Assembly (NCBI GenBank): GCA_002269645.1
Contig: NIVC01003476.1
Location: forward strand, 32,098-96,097
Source: Macrostomum lignano
Taxonomy: Eukaryota
DNA length: 64,000 bases
Reading direction: 5' to 3'
Numbering within the stretch: the stretch's first letter is position 1; each line of letters starts with the position of its first letter. Positions 25,301 through 35,574 of this stretch are shown here, in pieces. Below the pieces are notes generated by a model. The model saw nothing but the letters and a program-made list of their open reading frames with translations, was not told the DNA's origin and did no database searches. The translations under genes and the position numbers were made by a program.

Positions 25301-26131
25301 ACACACTGAGAATCCCCCCACACACACTGAGAATCGCCCCACACACACTGAGAATCCCCCCACACACACTGAGAATCCCCCCACACACACTGAGAATCCC
25401 CCCACACACACTGAGAATCCCCCACACACACTGAGAATCCCCCCACACACACTGAGAATCCCCCCACACGCACTGAGAATCCCCCCACACACACACTGAG
25501 AACCCCCACACACACACTGAGAACCCCCCCCACACACACTGAGAATCCCCCACACACACTGAGAATCGCCCCCACTCCAGCCACACACACTGAGAATCCC
25601 CCCACTTCAGCCACACACACTGAGAATCGCCCCCCACTCCAGCCACACACTGAGAATCACCCCTCTTGCAACCCTTGAAAATCAGAATCTGCAACACATA
25701 AAAGCAGCATAACAAAGAAATGTAATTCAAAATTCTCTCATTTGTTTTACTAGGCTCCGGTGCCGTTGTGTAGTCTCAAAGTGGCCTATTGCTTCGCCTA
25801 TTTAATATTATATAATTAGATTGTTTTATTATCATTGATAATTTTCACATAATGATTGGTTAGTTAATGCTTGCACAAAGGATGCACACAAAAGTAATAA
25901 AAACAACTAATTGGGCCACACGATGCAATTCCGTACTAATATAGAGACATATTTACTCTCGCCGTTTACCCAAAAAATTTATAACGCAATTCCGTAGATC
26001 CCGAAAGAAGCGGGGCCACTCTACCTGTTAACTATGCTGCTCAGTTGCCGCCCAGCTACCACACCTATCAGCAGGAGCAGCAACTGCAGCCAGAGCCGCC
26101 GCAGCACTGGTATAGCACTGCCAAGATATGA
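19310..26131 (+). CDS. CTNNB1: Divergent beta-catenin/armadillo family protein; 8 exons, about 764 aa (gene symbol is family-level only)
   Basis: Exons 19310-19588, 20319-20670, 21347-21637, 21790-22046, 22682-22942, 23150-23314, 24109-24664, 25998-26131, all GT-AG with matching phases (2295 nt including stop). Motifs: [116 protein letters not shown]-terminal WYSTAKI. Confidence 0.9.
19690..20170. repeat. About 25-26-bp minisatellite CTATTTTTAGAATCGCCTCTCCCAAT, beta-catenin intron 1
   Basis: Degenerate tandem array. Confidence 0.85.
20720..21270. repeat. 45-bp minisatellite, beta-catenin intron 2
   Basis: GAGAGGCTGATCGAGAGTAGCTACTCAACAGCAGGTGATGGAGGA, about 12 copies. Confidence 0.95.
22070..22640. 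repeat. 21-bp minisatellite GGAATCCTACCTGTTTCCCCT, beta-catenin intron 4
   Basis: Tandem array between the 22047 donor and the 22681 acceptor. Confidence 0.92.
23385..24075. repeat. 31-bp minisatellite GAGAATCTGCCTCTCCGCTCCATCAGTGCTT, beta-catenin intron 6
   Basis: About 22 near-identical copies. Confidence 0.96.
24680..25660. repeat. Mixed 21/31-bp minisatellite GAGAATC(G)CCCCC(ACTCCAGC)CACACACACT, beta-catenin intron 7
   Basis: Two interleaved unit lengths. Confidence 0.95.
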
Positions 26132-26579
26132 TATGAATGATTGCTGGCTTACACGTTGACCGTGTGTTTTTTTTATTGTTGACTGTGTACAAGCTCCACA
26201 TAAACGATTATTCTAAGCCTCTCGTTCATGCATAAATTTTCCAGTTTATGTATATGTTGATACTTGAGATTATGGTTTTTTAAACTGTGATATTATATAG
26301 CCTGTTATCTGTTCTTAAATACTTTTACTAAATGCTATATTAAATCTTGTGATTTAAGAATGAAAGTTTGAAAATTATCATTAGCTAAATCCGATTTTAG
26401 CGGAATTCATATTTCATTGTATTTTCTTTTATTGCTAATAATAATGTTTCCAAGCCTGTATCTTCTAATTCTTGCCTTTAAAATCGTGTTTTTCTAAACT
26501 ATTATTGTAATTGCCGCATTGATTTCTATCCCAAATTTACACGGACCAAAAAAACTGCCAGGCCATTTATAACGCCCTC

Positions 26580-27230
26580 TCAACCCCCAAATGTACACTC
26601 GCCACTGCCTGGCCAGTTATAACCTCCTCTCTACCCCCAATGTACACTCGCCACTGCCTGGCCAGTTATTACCCCATCTCTGCCCCCAAATGTACACTCG
26701 CCACTGCCTGGCCAGTTATTACCCCATCTCTGCCCCCCAATGTACACTCGCCACTGCCAGGCCAGTTATAACCTCCTCTCTACCCCCAATGTACACTCGC
26801 CATTGCCGGGCCAGTTATTACCCCATCTCTGCCCCCAATGTACACTCGCCACTGCCGGGCCAGTTATTACCCTATCTCTGCCCCCCAATGTACACTCGCC
26901 ACTGCCAGGCCAGTTATTACCCCATCTCTGCCCCCAATGTACACTCGCCACTGCCGGGCCAGTTATTACCCTATCTCTGCCCCCCAATGTACACTCGCCA
27001 CTGCCAGGCCAGTTATTACCCCATCTCTGCCCCCCAATGTACACTCGCCACTGCCAGGCCAGTTATAACCTCCTCTCTACCCCCAATGTACACTCGCCAT
27101 TGCCGGGCCAGTTATTACCCCATCTCTGCCCCCAATGTACACTCGCCATTGCCGGGCCAGTTATTACCCCATCTCTGCCCCCCCAATGTACACTCGTCAC
27201 TGCCAGGCCAGTTAAAACCCCATCCCTACC
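26580..27230. repeat. About 49-bp minisatellite CCCCAATGTACACTCGCCACTGCCGGGCCAGTTATTACCCCATCTCTGC
   Basis: About 13 copies, intergenic. Confidence 0.95.
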
Positions 27231-28042
27231 CCCAACACACAATAAACCGCATTATGAGCGCTGGCGCATTGTACTTTTAATGATATTTGCTATGCTGAGT
27301 GTTTATTTTTTGTTATATAATCTATTGACTCTGGCTTGTTTAATAAATCGTGCACATTCCATTCTGCGGTGTTGTGAACTTTTTTGAGAATTAAACATTC
27401 CCGTCCAGTTATGGAAACAAGGTTTTGATATTACGACGTATTATTGAAATATTTGTTTAAAGTTCGTCTAAAATAATTTATATGTTGGCCGTTATATTTT
27501 GGCTGGTACCAAGTGTAACTAATGCGTGTGTTATCAATTTATTATTTTTATCATTCTCTAATTTTCAAATCAGTTTTTTACCGCCTAGCTAGCAATTGCC
27601 ACACGGAAAAAAACATTCGCCTACTCATGCTACTGTTTTTCAGTAGGTCGGTAGTGCGTTTTGCTATCTATTTTTGTCTCTGGTAAATTTTATTAATTCT
27701 CTTGCACAGCTTGAGTAGTTTAGTTCTATAAATACGCGTGTAACTAAATTTAATAATAACACTATTTATCATTAATCATAAACTAATATAGTTGTTTTAC
27801 TGGTATACTAAAGCTACTATTAGTAGTACAGCTGCTAAATTAATTAATTAAATTAACAGGTGCAAAAGTTGTTGGTTCCAATCTAAAAGAATTACGTCTT
27901 AAAATTTTGTTACTTCTTTGATTGCCTGTGCAAGCACGGGTGCTTATATCACGTGGATATGAAAACTATTAAAAGTGGATAAAATATTCACGAACGGGCA
28001 TCTGCTAAACAGTGCTTATGTATCTGATGTCTTGTCTTATAC

Positions 28043-28877
28043 CCCAGTGAGCCTTGGCATCTCAGCAATTCCCCCCAGTGAGCCTTGGCATCTCAGCAAT
28101 TCCCCCCAGTGAGCCTTGGAATCTCAGCAATTCCCCCCAGTGAGCCTTGGCATCTCAGCAATTCCCCTGTGAGCCTTGGCATCTCAGCAATACCCCCAGT
28201 GAGCCTTGGCATCTCAGCAATTCCCCCCAGTGAGCCTTGGCATCTCAGCAATTCCCCTGTGAGCCTTGGCATCTCAGCAATACCCCCAGTGAGCCTTGGC
28301 ATCTCAGCAATACCCCCAGTGAGCCTTGGCATCTCAGCAATTCCCCCCCACAGTGAGCCTTGGCATCTCAGCAATTCCCCCCAGTGAGCCTTGGAATCTC
28401 AGCAATTCCCCCAGTGAGCCTTGGCATCTCAGCAATTCCCCCAGTGAACCTTGGCATCTCAGCAATTCCCCCAGTGAGCCTTGGCATCTCAGCAATTCCC
28501 CCAGTGAGCCTTGGCATCTCAGCAATTCCCCCCGTGAGCCTTGACACCTCAGCAATTCCCCCCAGTGAGCCTTGGAATCTCAGCAATTCCCCCCAGTGAG
28601 CCTTGGAATCTCAGCAATTCCCCCAGTGAGCCTTGGCATCTCAGCAATTCCCCCAGTGAACCTTGGCATCTCAGCAATTCCCCCAGTGAGCCTTGGCATC
28701 TCAGCAATTCCCCCAGTGAACCTTGGCATCTCAGCAATTCCCCCAGTGAGCCTTGGCATCTCAGCAATTCCCCCAGTGAGCCTTGGCACCTCAGCAATTC
28801 CCCCCAGTGAGCCTTGGCATCTCAGCAATTCCCCCAGTGAGCCTTGGCATCTCAGCAATTCCCCCAGTGAGCCTTGA
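28043..28877. repeat. 30-31-bp minisatellite CCCCAGTGAGCCTTGGCATCTCAGCAATTC
   Basis: About 27 copies, intergenic. Confidence 0.96.
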
Positions 28878-29618
28878 CATTTTTATTTTAATCTTTGGAA
28901 CTTTCATCTTTCTTAATAGTCGGTTAACTTATTATTGTTAGTAGTATAATTAAAACAATTTTTTATTAAGTTTCTATCGATTACATCTACATGCAAAACT
29001 ATAGCGAAACGATAATCGTGAATTCTATTTTTTCTGCCTATCAACTACTATGAGTAGATATTGCAAAAGCTCAATACTTATTATTTATAATACCATACAT
29101 GTACGAGCTATATTGGTATCCAGTGTGCTATGCCAACTTTTCATCCAATGCACTCTCTTGATACCATTGGAGCATCACGTGCGTAGCCAACGGAGCCAAG
29201 CCATCCGGTTTGGTAGAAGATCACTAAAATTGCAGCAATCAAGCACACGTTTGAACCCCAGTCCAGAGCTCTCAGTGCACTAGATGAGATATTTTCACTG
29301 ATAAGGAACGCCACGAATTTCTATATTCGTAGCCTCTACATGTACGTGTACGTATTGTTTGTTGAATTGCGCATTACACCCTCTTCGAACATTGATTATA
29401 ATATAATGTATTAATGTTCATGCATATGCGAAGTTCAGTTTATTCAAAAATATTTCGCCCAAAAGCAAAGTCACATGAACAGGAGTCTTGGCTACACCGT
29501 TTACTGCGTAGCCTCTGCATTCCGTGTCATCGGAGTTGCCGGAACCCTGCAGCTGCATCAGTTTTGGTTGTAACGCAAAAAATCATCTGTCTCTGATCTG
29601 TCTTACAGCTTTGGTGCC

Positions 29619-29619
<1 letters not shown>

Positions 29620-29679
<60 letters not shown>

Positions 29680-29680
29680 G
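29620..29680. repeat. (TCTG)n microsatellite
   Basis: About 15 perfect units. Confidence 0.95.
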
Positions 29681-29977
29681 ACATCAAACTTGGGTTATAC
29701 TCGTAGCTACAGACTTTATAAATAGATTAGATTTTACTAATACAGTTTTTTTCGTTTTATTTTAGCCTTTCTAGTTTTACAAAATAAGTGTTGTAGAAGA
29801 ATTCCTTATTTCTAAAGCTGTTTGATAAACCTAGTAAAATATCTTTCAGTTTAACATAAAGTATTTAATTTTACTGCAAGATAATCTAGTTATATGCTTG
29901 TCCTATGTATTGATATTTAGTCCCCAAAATTTCAATTATATACCAGGTAACTTTAGAATTTCAGCGCAACTTCTGCA

Positions 29978-32755
29978 ATGAAGCTGAGAACAATCGGGCC
30001 GATTGCTACATGCATATTACTTCTAACTGGTACACACGGCAGTAGCGGAAATTCTAACACTACTAAGTGTAGTAGTGTTGGCTCTGCAGTCGCAAACTGC
30101 TATTGCAGCAGAGGGTCGAGAGTCGTTGAAATTTCTCCACGCGACGCTATAGTCGAAATTTCAACTCGCTACAATGACTCCAACCAGCCCTTGCCTAGTG
30201 GCACGAACTGCAAGTTCGTCATCCCGGGCCGGGCCCATCTGCGGTATTTGATCACCGTTCTCGAGGCCCACGTGGCAGACGACGCCACCTACCTTGAAGT
30301 GACTGACGGCAACAGGACTCTGCTGCACGACGTCAATCTGCACTTCAGCCGGCGGATGGCTATCAGCAGCGGCGGCTCCATCTCGGTGAACTTCTGGATG
30401 GGCTGGAACAGGCGACCCGGGTCAGGAGGCGGAGGCTACCGGATTCGAATGGAGCGGTTCCGGAGCCACCACTGCCCGCCGAACTGGACTAAGGCTGCGT
30501 GGAGTGCAGAGCAGAAGTTCTGCATCAGCCCTTCATCAGCCGATTTCCTTGGCCTGGTCGCCAACGCTACCGCTGTCGCTGATTACGTCACGGCGCAGGA
30601 CATCTGCAACCGGATGAGAGCCAACCTGCTGATGCCGCCTAAGGTGACAGCTTCTTGGTTTCATTGCATTGCTTGTAAAAAAAATTATTTTTCTAGAAGA
30701 GGAACATTTGATCTGCTTTTAAAGGAACTCTTTCTGTACCCTGAAAAATATTTTGGCTGTCGCCCCTGGTGCTGGCGCCCCTGGTGCTGGCGCCCCTGGT
30801 GCTGGCGCCCCTGGTGCTGGCGCCCCTGGTGCTGGCGCCCCTGGTGCTGGCGCCCCTGGTACTGGCGCCCCTGGTGCTGGCGCCCCTGGTGCTGGCGCCC
30901 CTGGTGCTGGCGCCCCTGGTGCTGGCGCCCCTGGTGCTGGCGCCCCTGGTGCTGGCGCCCCTGGTGCTGGCGCCCCTGGTGCTGGCGCCCCTGGTGCTGG
31001 CGCCCCTGGTGCTGGCGCCCCTGGTGCTGGCGCCCCTGGTGCTGGCGCCCCTGGTGCTGGCGCCCCTGGTGCTGGCGCCCCTGGTGCTGGCGCCCCTGGT
31101 GCTGGCGCCCCTGGTGCTAAATTCCCTGGTGCTAAAGATCCTGGTGCTAAAGTCCCTGGTATTAAAGCCCCTGTTGCTAAAGCCCCTGGTGCTAAAGATC
31201 CTGGTATTAAAGCCCCTGTTGCTAAAGCCCCTGGTGCTAAATTCCCTGGTGCTAAAGCCCCTGGTGCTAAAGATCCTGGTATTAAAGCCCCTGTTGCTAA
31301 AGCCCCTGGTGCTAAAGATCCTGGTGCTAAAGCCCCTGGTGCTAAAGCCCCTGGTGCTAAAGCCCCTGGTGCTAAAGCCCTCTCAGCGGTTTATGAACCG
31401 ACCAGCCATTAATTCTATTATCCACATTTGCAATTTTCAGTCCCAGCTCAAGTCAAGGCTCGGGGATCTGCAGAAACTGCTCAACTACAAAGACCTGGTG
31501 TGGATCGGCCTGATGAGCAACAGTTCAGCTGCTCCCGGCAAAAATCTGTACTGGCTTGACAACTCACAAGAGCAACCGCAACAGTAAGAAGCCACTTATG
31601 AATACAAATTAGCTTACAATGATTTTCACCTTCACAATGTCTAATATTTACAACCTTACAATTTACTGTATAAGTTTTCTTTTGCTGACTCTTCACAATC
31701 CCCAACCTTCACAATCCCCAACCTTCACAATCTCCAACCTTCACAATCCCCAACCTTCACAATCTCCAACCTTCACAATTCCCAACATTCATAATCCCAA
31801 ACATTCACAACCCCCAACCTTCACAATCCCCAAACTTCACAATCTCCAACCTTCACAATCTCCAACCTTCACAATTCCCAACCTTCATAATCCCCAACCT
31901 TCACAATACCAAAGATTCACAATTCCCAACATTCATAAACCCCATCCTTCACAATCCCCAAGTTTCACAATCCCTAACCTTCACAATCCACAAGCTTCAC
32001 AATCTTCAACCTTCGCAATCCCCAACCTTCACAATCTCCAACCTTTACAATTCCCAACCTTCATAATCCCCAACCTTCACAATACCAAAGCTTCACAGTC
32101 TTCAACCTTCACAATCCACAAGCTTCACAATCCCGAAGCTTCACAATTCCCAACATTCACAATCCCCAACCTTCCTAATCCCCAATCACCCAGAGACCCA
32201 GACTTCCTGACCTGCCGTTCGGGCTACACCTGGTCAGCTGGGTCTGCCTGTCAGTCGGGTGAGCTGTTCGGCCTGCTCCGGCCAACCCCATCAGCCTACC
32301 TACTTCTGGATCGGCCAAACGAGCAGCACTACTTTGCCTGCTCAGCGCCCATAGGCGGCACTGATGACTTCTACCCAGTGTGGCTTGAGCAGTCGCTCTT
32401 TAAAGTGCAAGGTGACCCAGCTTCCAAGTCATCAGGAAGTGAATTTAAACAATTTTTCAGTGATAATTTCAGCATCATTGTGTCCGCACTGATGCTCGCT
32501 TTGGTTGTCATGGTATCATTTGGCCTTGCCATGATTTATCGTCCTAGGATTCACAGCGGCATTCCGACTGGTGAACCAGTTCGACCTGTACAGCATCCGC
32601 CAGAAGAGGTACCCTTAATTGATAATGAAGAAGTTGAAAATCTGGCAGATGAAGAACTCTCAATTAATAACGAAAGTGCAGGAAATGTTATTGACGCCAA
32701 TCAAATTGTTGATATTCATAATACTGTTAGTGATCATACATGTGCTATACAATAA
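29978..32755 (+). CDS. Type I membrane protein: signal peptide, CUB-like domain, C-type-lectin-like domain, TM helix, acidic cytoplasmic tail; 3 exons, about 456 aa
   Basis: Exons 29978-30643, 31441-31583, 32194-32755 (phases 0 and 2 match). Signal-like IATCILLLTG. CUB-like NCKFVI..YLEVTDG..SISVNF..GYRI. CTLD-like HCPPNW..FCI..AQDICNRMRANL..WIGL..LYWLD..HYFAC. TM IIVSALMLALVVMVSFGLAMIY. Confidence 0.8.
30763..31380. repeat. 15-bp minisatellite CCCCTGGTGCT(GGCG/AAAG), intron 1 of the CUB-CTL gene
   Basis: Sharp switch from GGCG to AAAG-type units at about 31117. Confidence 0.96.
31690..32190. repeat. 16-bp minisatellite CACAATCCCCAACCTT, intron 2 of the CUB-CTL gene
   Basis: Degenerate array running up to the 32193 acceptor. 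Confidence 0.9.
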
Positions 32756-32779
32756 TAATCACATTATAAACTTTAGGGG

Positions 32780-33885
32780 TTTCTCTTGGCCATAGACAAT
32801 AATCGATCTTGCATGCTTCGGAGGCTTTGCTTTGACTGTTTGACTATATAATCAATACTGCGCACTTTGTGGTTTTGTTTGGCCATAGACTATATTCGAT
32901 CCCGCACAATTTTGTGGTTTTTTTTGGCCATTGACAATAGTCAATCCTGCACACTTTTGGGGGTTTTGTTTGGCCATTGACAATAATCAATCCTGCACAC
33001 TTTTGGGGGTTTTTTGGCCATAGACAATAGTCAATCCTGCACACTTTTGGGGGGTTTTGTTTGGCCATTGACAATAGTCAATCCTGCACACTTTTGGGGG
33101 TTTTGTTTGGCCATTGACAATAATCAATCCTGCACACTTTTGGGGGGTTTTGTTTGGCCATTGACAATAGTCAATCCTGCACACTTTTGTGGTTTTGTTT
33201 GGCCATTGACAATATTCGATCCCGCACACTTTTGTGGTTTTTTTTGGCCATAGACAATATTCGATCCTGCACACTTTTGTGGTTTTGTTTGGCCATAGAC
33301 AATATTCGATCCTGCACACTTTTGTGGTTTTGTTTGGCCATAGACAATATTCGATCCTGCACACTTTTGTGGTTTTGTTTGGCCATTGACAATATTCGAT
33401 CCCGCACACTTTTGTGGTTTTTTTTTGGCCATAGACAATATTCGATCCTGCACACTTTTGTGGTTTTGTTTGGCCATAGACAATATTCGATCCTGCACAC
33501 TTTTGTGGTTTTGTTTGGCCATAGACAATATTCGATCCTGCACACTTTTGTGGTTTTGTTTGGCCATTGACAATATTCGATCCCGCACACTTTTGTGGTT
33601 TTTTTTGGCCATAGACAATATTCGATCCTGCACACTTTTGTGGTTTTGTTTGGCCATAGACAATATTCGATCCTGCGCACTTTTGTGGTTTTGTTTGGCC
33701 ATAGACAATATTCGATCCTGCACACTTTTGTGGTTTTGTTTGGCCATAGACAATATTCGATCCTGCACACTTTTGTGGTTTTGTTTGGCCATAGACAATA
33801 TTCGATCCTGCACACTTTTGTGGTTTTGTTTGGCCATAGACAATATTCGATCCTGCACACTTTTGTGGTTTTGTTTCGCCATAGA
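32780..33885. repeat. 45-bp minisatellite TTTTGTGGTTTTGTTTGGCCATAGACAATATTCGATCCTGCACAC
   Basis: About 24 copies between the CUB-CTL gene and its duplicate. Confidence 0.96.
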
Positions 33886-34263
33886 TGATAATATCTTTTG
33901 CTTTTTGGGTTAAACTGTATAAATGAATTGAACTTTTAAACGGCACGTAAAGACGATTAGTACTACATTCGGTATTACGAGTAGATGTAAACTTGCGGAT
34001 GAACTAAAACAGATATGCATGTTTTGTAAGATATAAAGTGCGTCGCAAATGTACGCATTGCCAATAAAATATTTGCTACCGGATACCTAAGATTCCGTAT
34101 GTACAGTAAAAAAGTTTGCATAAATTGATTTTGATCTTCCATCAATCAATTTTGCTAATTCTCATGATGACCCAGATGACTTTGAATTTTTATTTCGTGC
34201 TCAACTTGCATGCAGTCTGCGTTGCTTTAGTAACTCAAAGTGAATTGTTAGGAAAACTTTGCT

Positions 34264-35309
34264 TAGGAACCACCACTGCCCGCCGCACTGGACTAAGGCT
34301 CCCAGGAGTGCCAGCAACCAGAAGCTCTGCATCAGCCCCTCATCGGCTGATTTCCTTGGCCTGGTCGCTAACACTGCCGCTGTCACTGATTACGTCACGG
34401 CGCAGTACATCTGCAACCTGCTGATGCCGCCTAGGGTGACAGCCTCTTGGTTTCATTGCATTGTTTGTGAAAATAAGAGTCTCGTGTAAATTTTTTCTAC
34501 TAAAATAGATGACCATTTGGTCTGCTTTTAGAAGAACTGTTGCCGTCCCAAAAAATTTATTTTGTCTGGCGCCAGTGGTGCTAAAGCCCCTGGTGCTAAA
34601 GACCCTGGTGCTAAAGACCCTGGTGCTAAAGCCTTTGTTGCCAAAGCCCCTGGTGCTAAAGCCCCTGTTGCTAAAGCCCCTGTTGCTAAAGCCCCTGGTG
34701 CTAAAGACCCTGGTACTAAAGCCCCTGGAGCTAAAGACCCTGGTGCTAAAGCCCCTGGTGCTAAAGCCCCTGGTGCTAAAGCCCCTGGTGCTAAAGCCCC
34801 TGGTGCTAAAGCCGGGCTACACCTGGTCAGCTGGGTCGGCCTGTCAGTCGGGTGAGCTGTTCGGCCTGCTCCGGCCAACACCATCAGCCTACCTCCTTCT
34901 GGATCGGCCAAACGAGCAGCACTACTTTGCCTGCTCAGCGCCCATAGGCGGCACTGATGACTTCTACCCAGTGTGGCTGGAGCAGTCGCTCTTTAAAGTG
35001 CAAGGTGACCCAGCTTCCAAGTCATCAGGAAGTGAATTTAAACAATTTTTCAGTGATAATTTTAGCATCATTGTGTCCGCACTGATGCTCGCTTTGGTTG
35101 TCATGGTATCATTTGGCCTTGCCATGATTTATCGTCCTAGGATTCACAGCGGCATTCCGACTGGTGAAAGGGTTGGAGCTGAACCACATCCGCAACGGCG
35201 ACCCTCAAATGTTGACGATATGGAAGAATCAACAGAATCAGCACATCATGACGCCAATCAGAGTGTTGTTGATGCTCTAATTCCTAATCATCATACGCTG
35301 GTACAATAA
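34264..35309 (+). pseudogene. Rearranged partial tandem duplicate of the CUB-CTL gene: no CUB or signal exon, exon 2 deleted, TM exon intact; may be functional
   Basis: 34264-34435 matches the 3' end of exon 1 with a 12-nt deletion. Same donor context GTGACAGC and the same 15-bp array (about 34578-34812), fused directly to exon-3 sequence at about 34814. 34814-35168 differs from 32221-32575 at only 5 sites. Confidence 0.75.
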
Positions 35310-35391
35310 TAATCACATCTCTTTCATAAGTCACATCACATATAATAAATTTGTATATTTATGATAATAATCATAACTCACCTTCCCTCAA

Positions 35392-35574
35392 TGTCGTAGT
35401 TTGAACGAAACTGTCGGCAGAGTTTATTCAAGCATAGAAAGTTATAACATAAGTGGGAGGCTGAGAACGAAAGCTTAAGAACATATAGCTGGTTGCTACC
35501 ATAGACATAACGAGGATATGGGTAAAGTGGGTAAAGTGTAACAACGCTAGCTCTAGCTAGCAGCCACTACCACA
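35392..35574 (-). repeat. 3' LTR (183 bp)
   Basis: TGTCGTAGT...ACTACCACA with imperfect 9-bp terminal inverted repeats; matches 39478-39664. Confidence 0.95.

Noticed and set aside
24535-25730. Minus-strand ORFs rich in CVWGDSQ/SVCGG
   Set aside because: These are antisense translations of the intron 7 minisatellite.
30644-31440. (WRPWC)n, (GAPGA)n and (VLAPL)n ORFs resembling structural proteins
   Set aside because: All three frames of a 15-bp intronic array are open by chance; GT-AG splicing around it restores the lectin domain.
32987-33946. 319-aa Cys-containing repeat ORF (GQTKPQKCAGSNIVY)n
   Set aside because: A 45-bp array open in several frames on both strands, with no unique flanking coding sequence.
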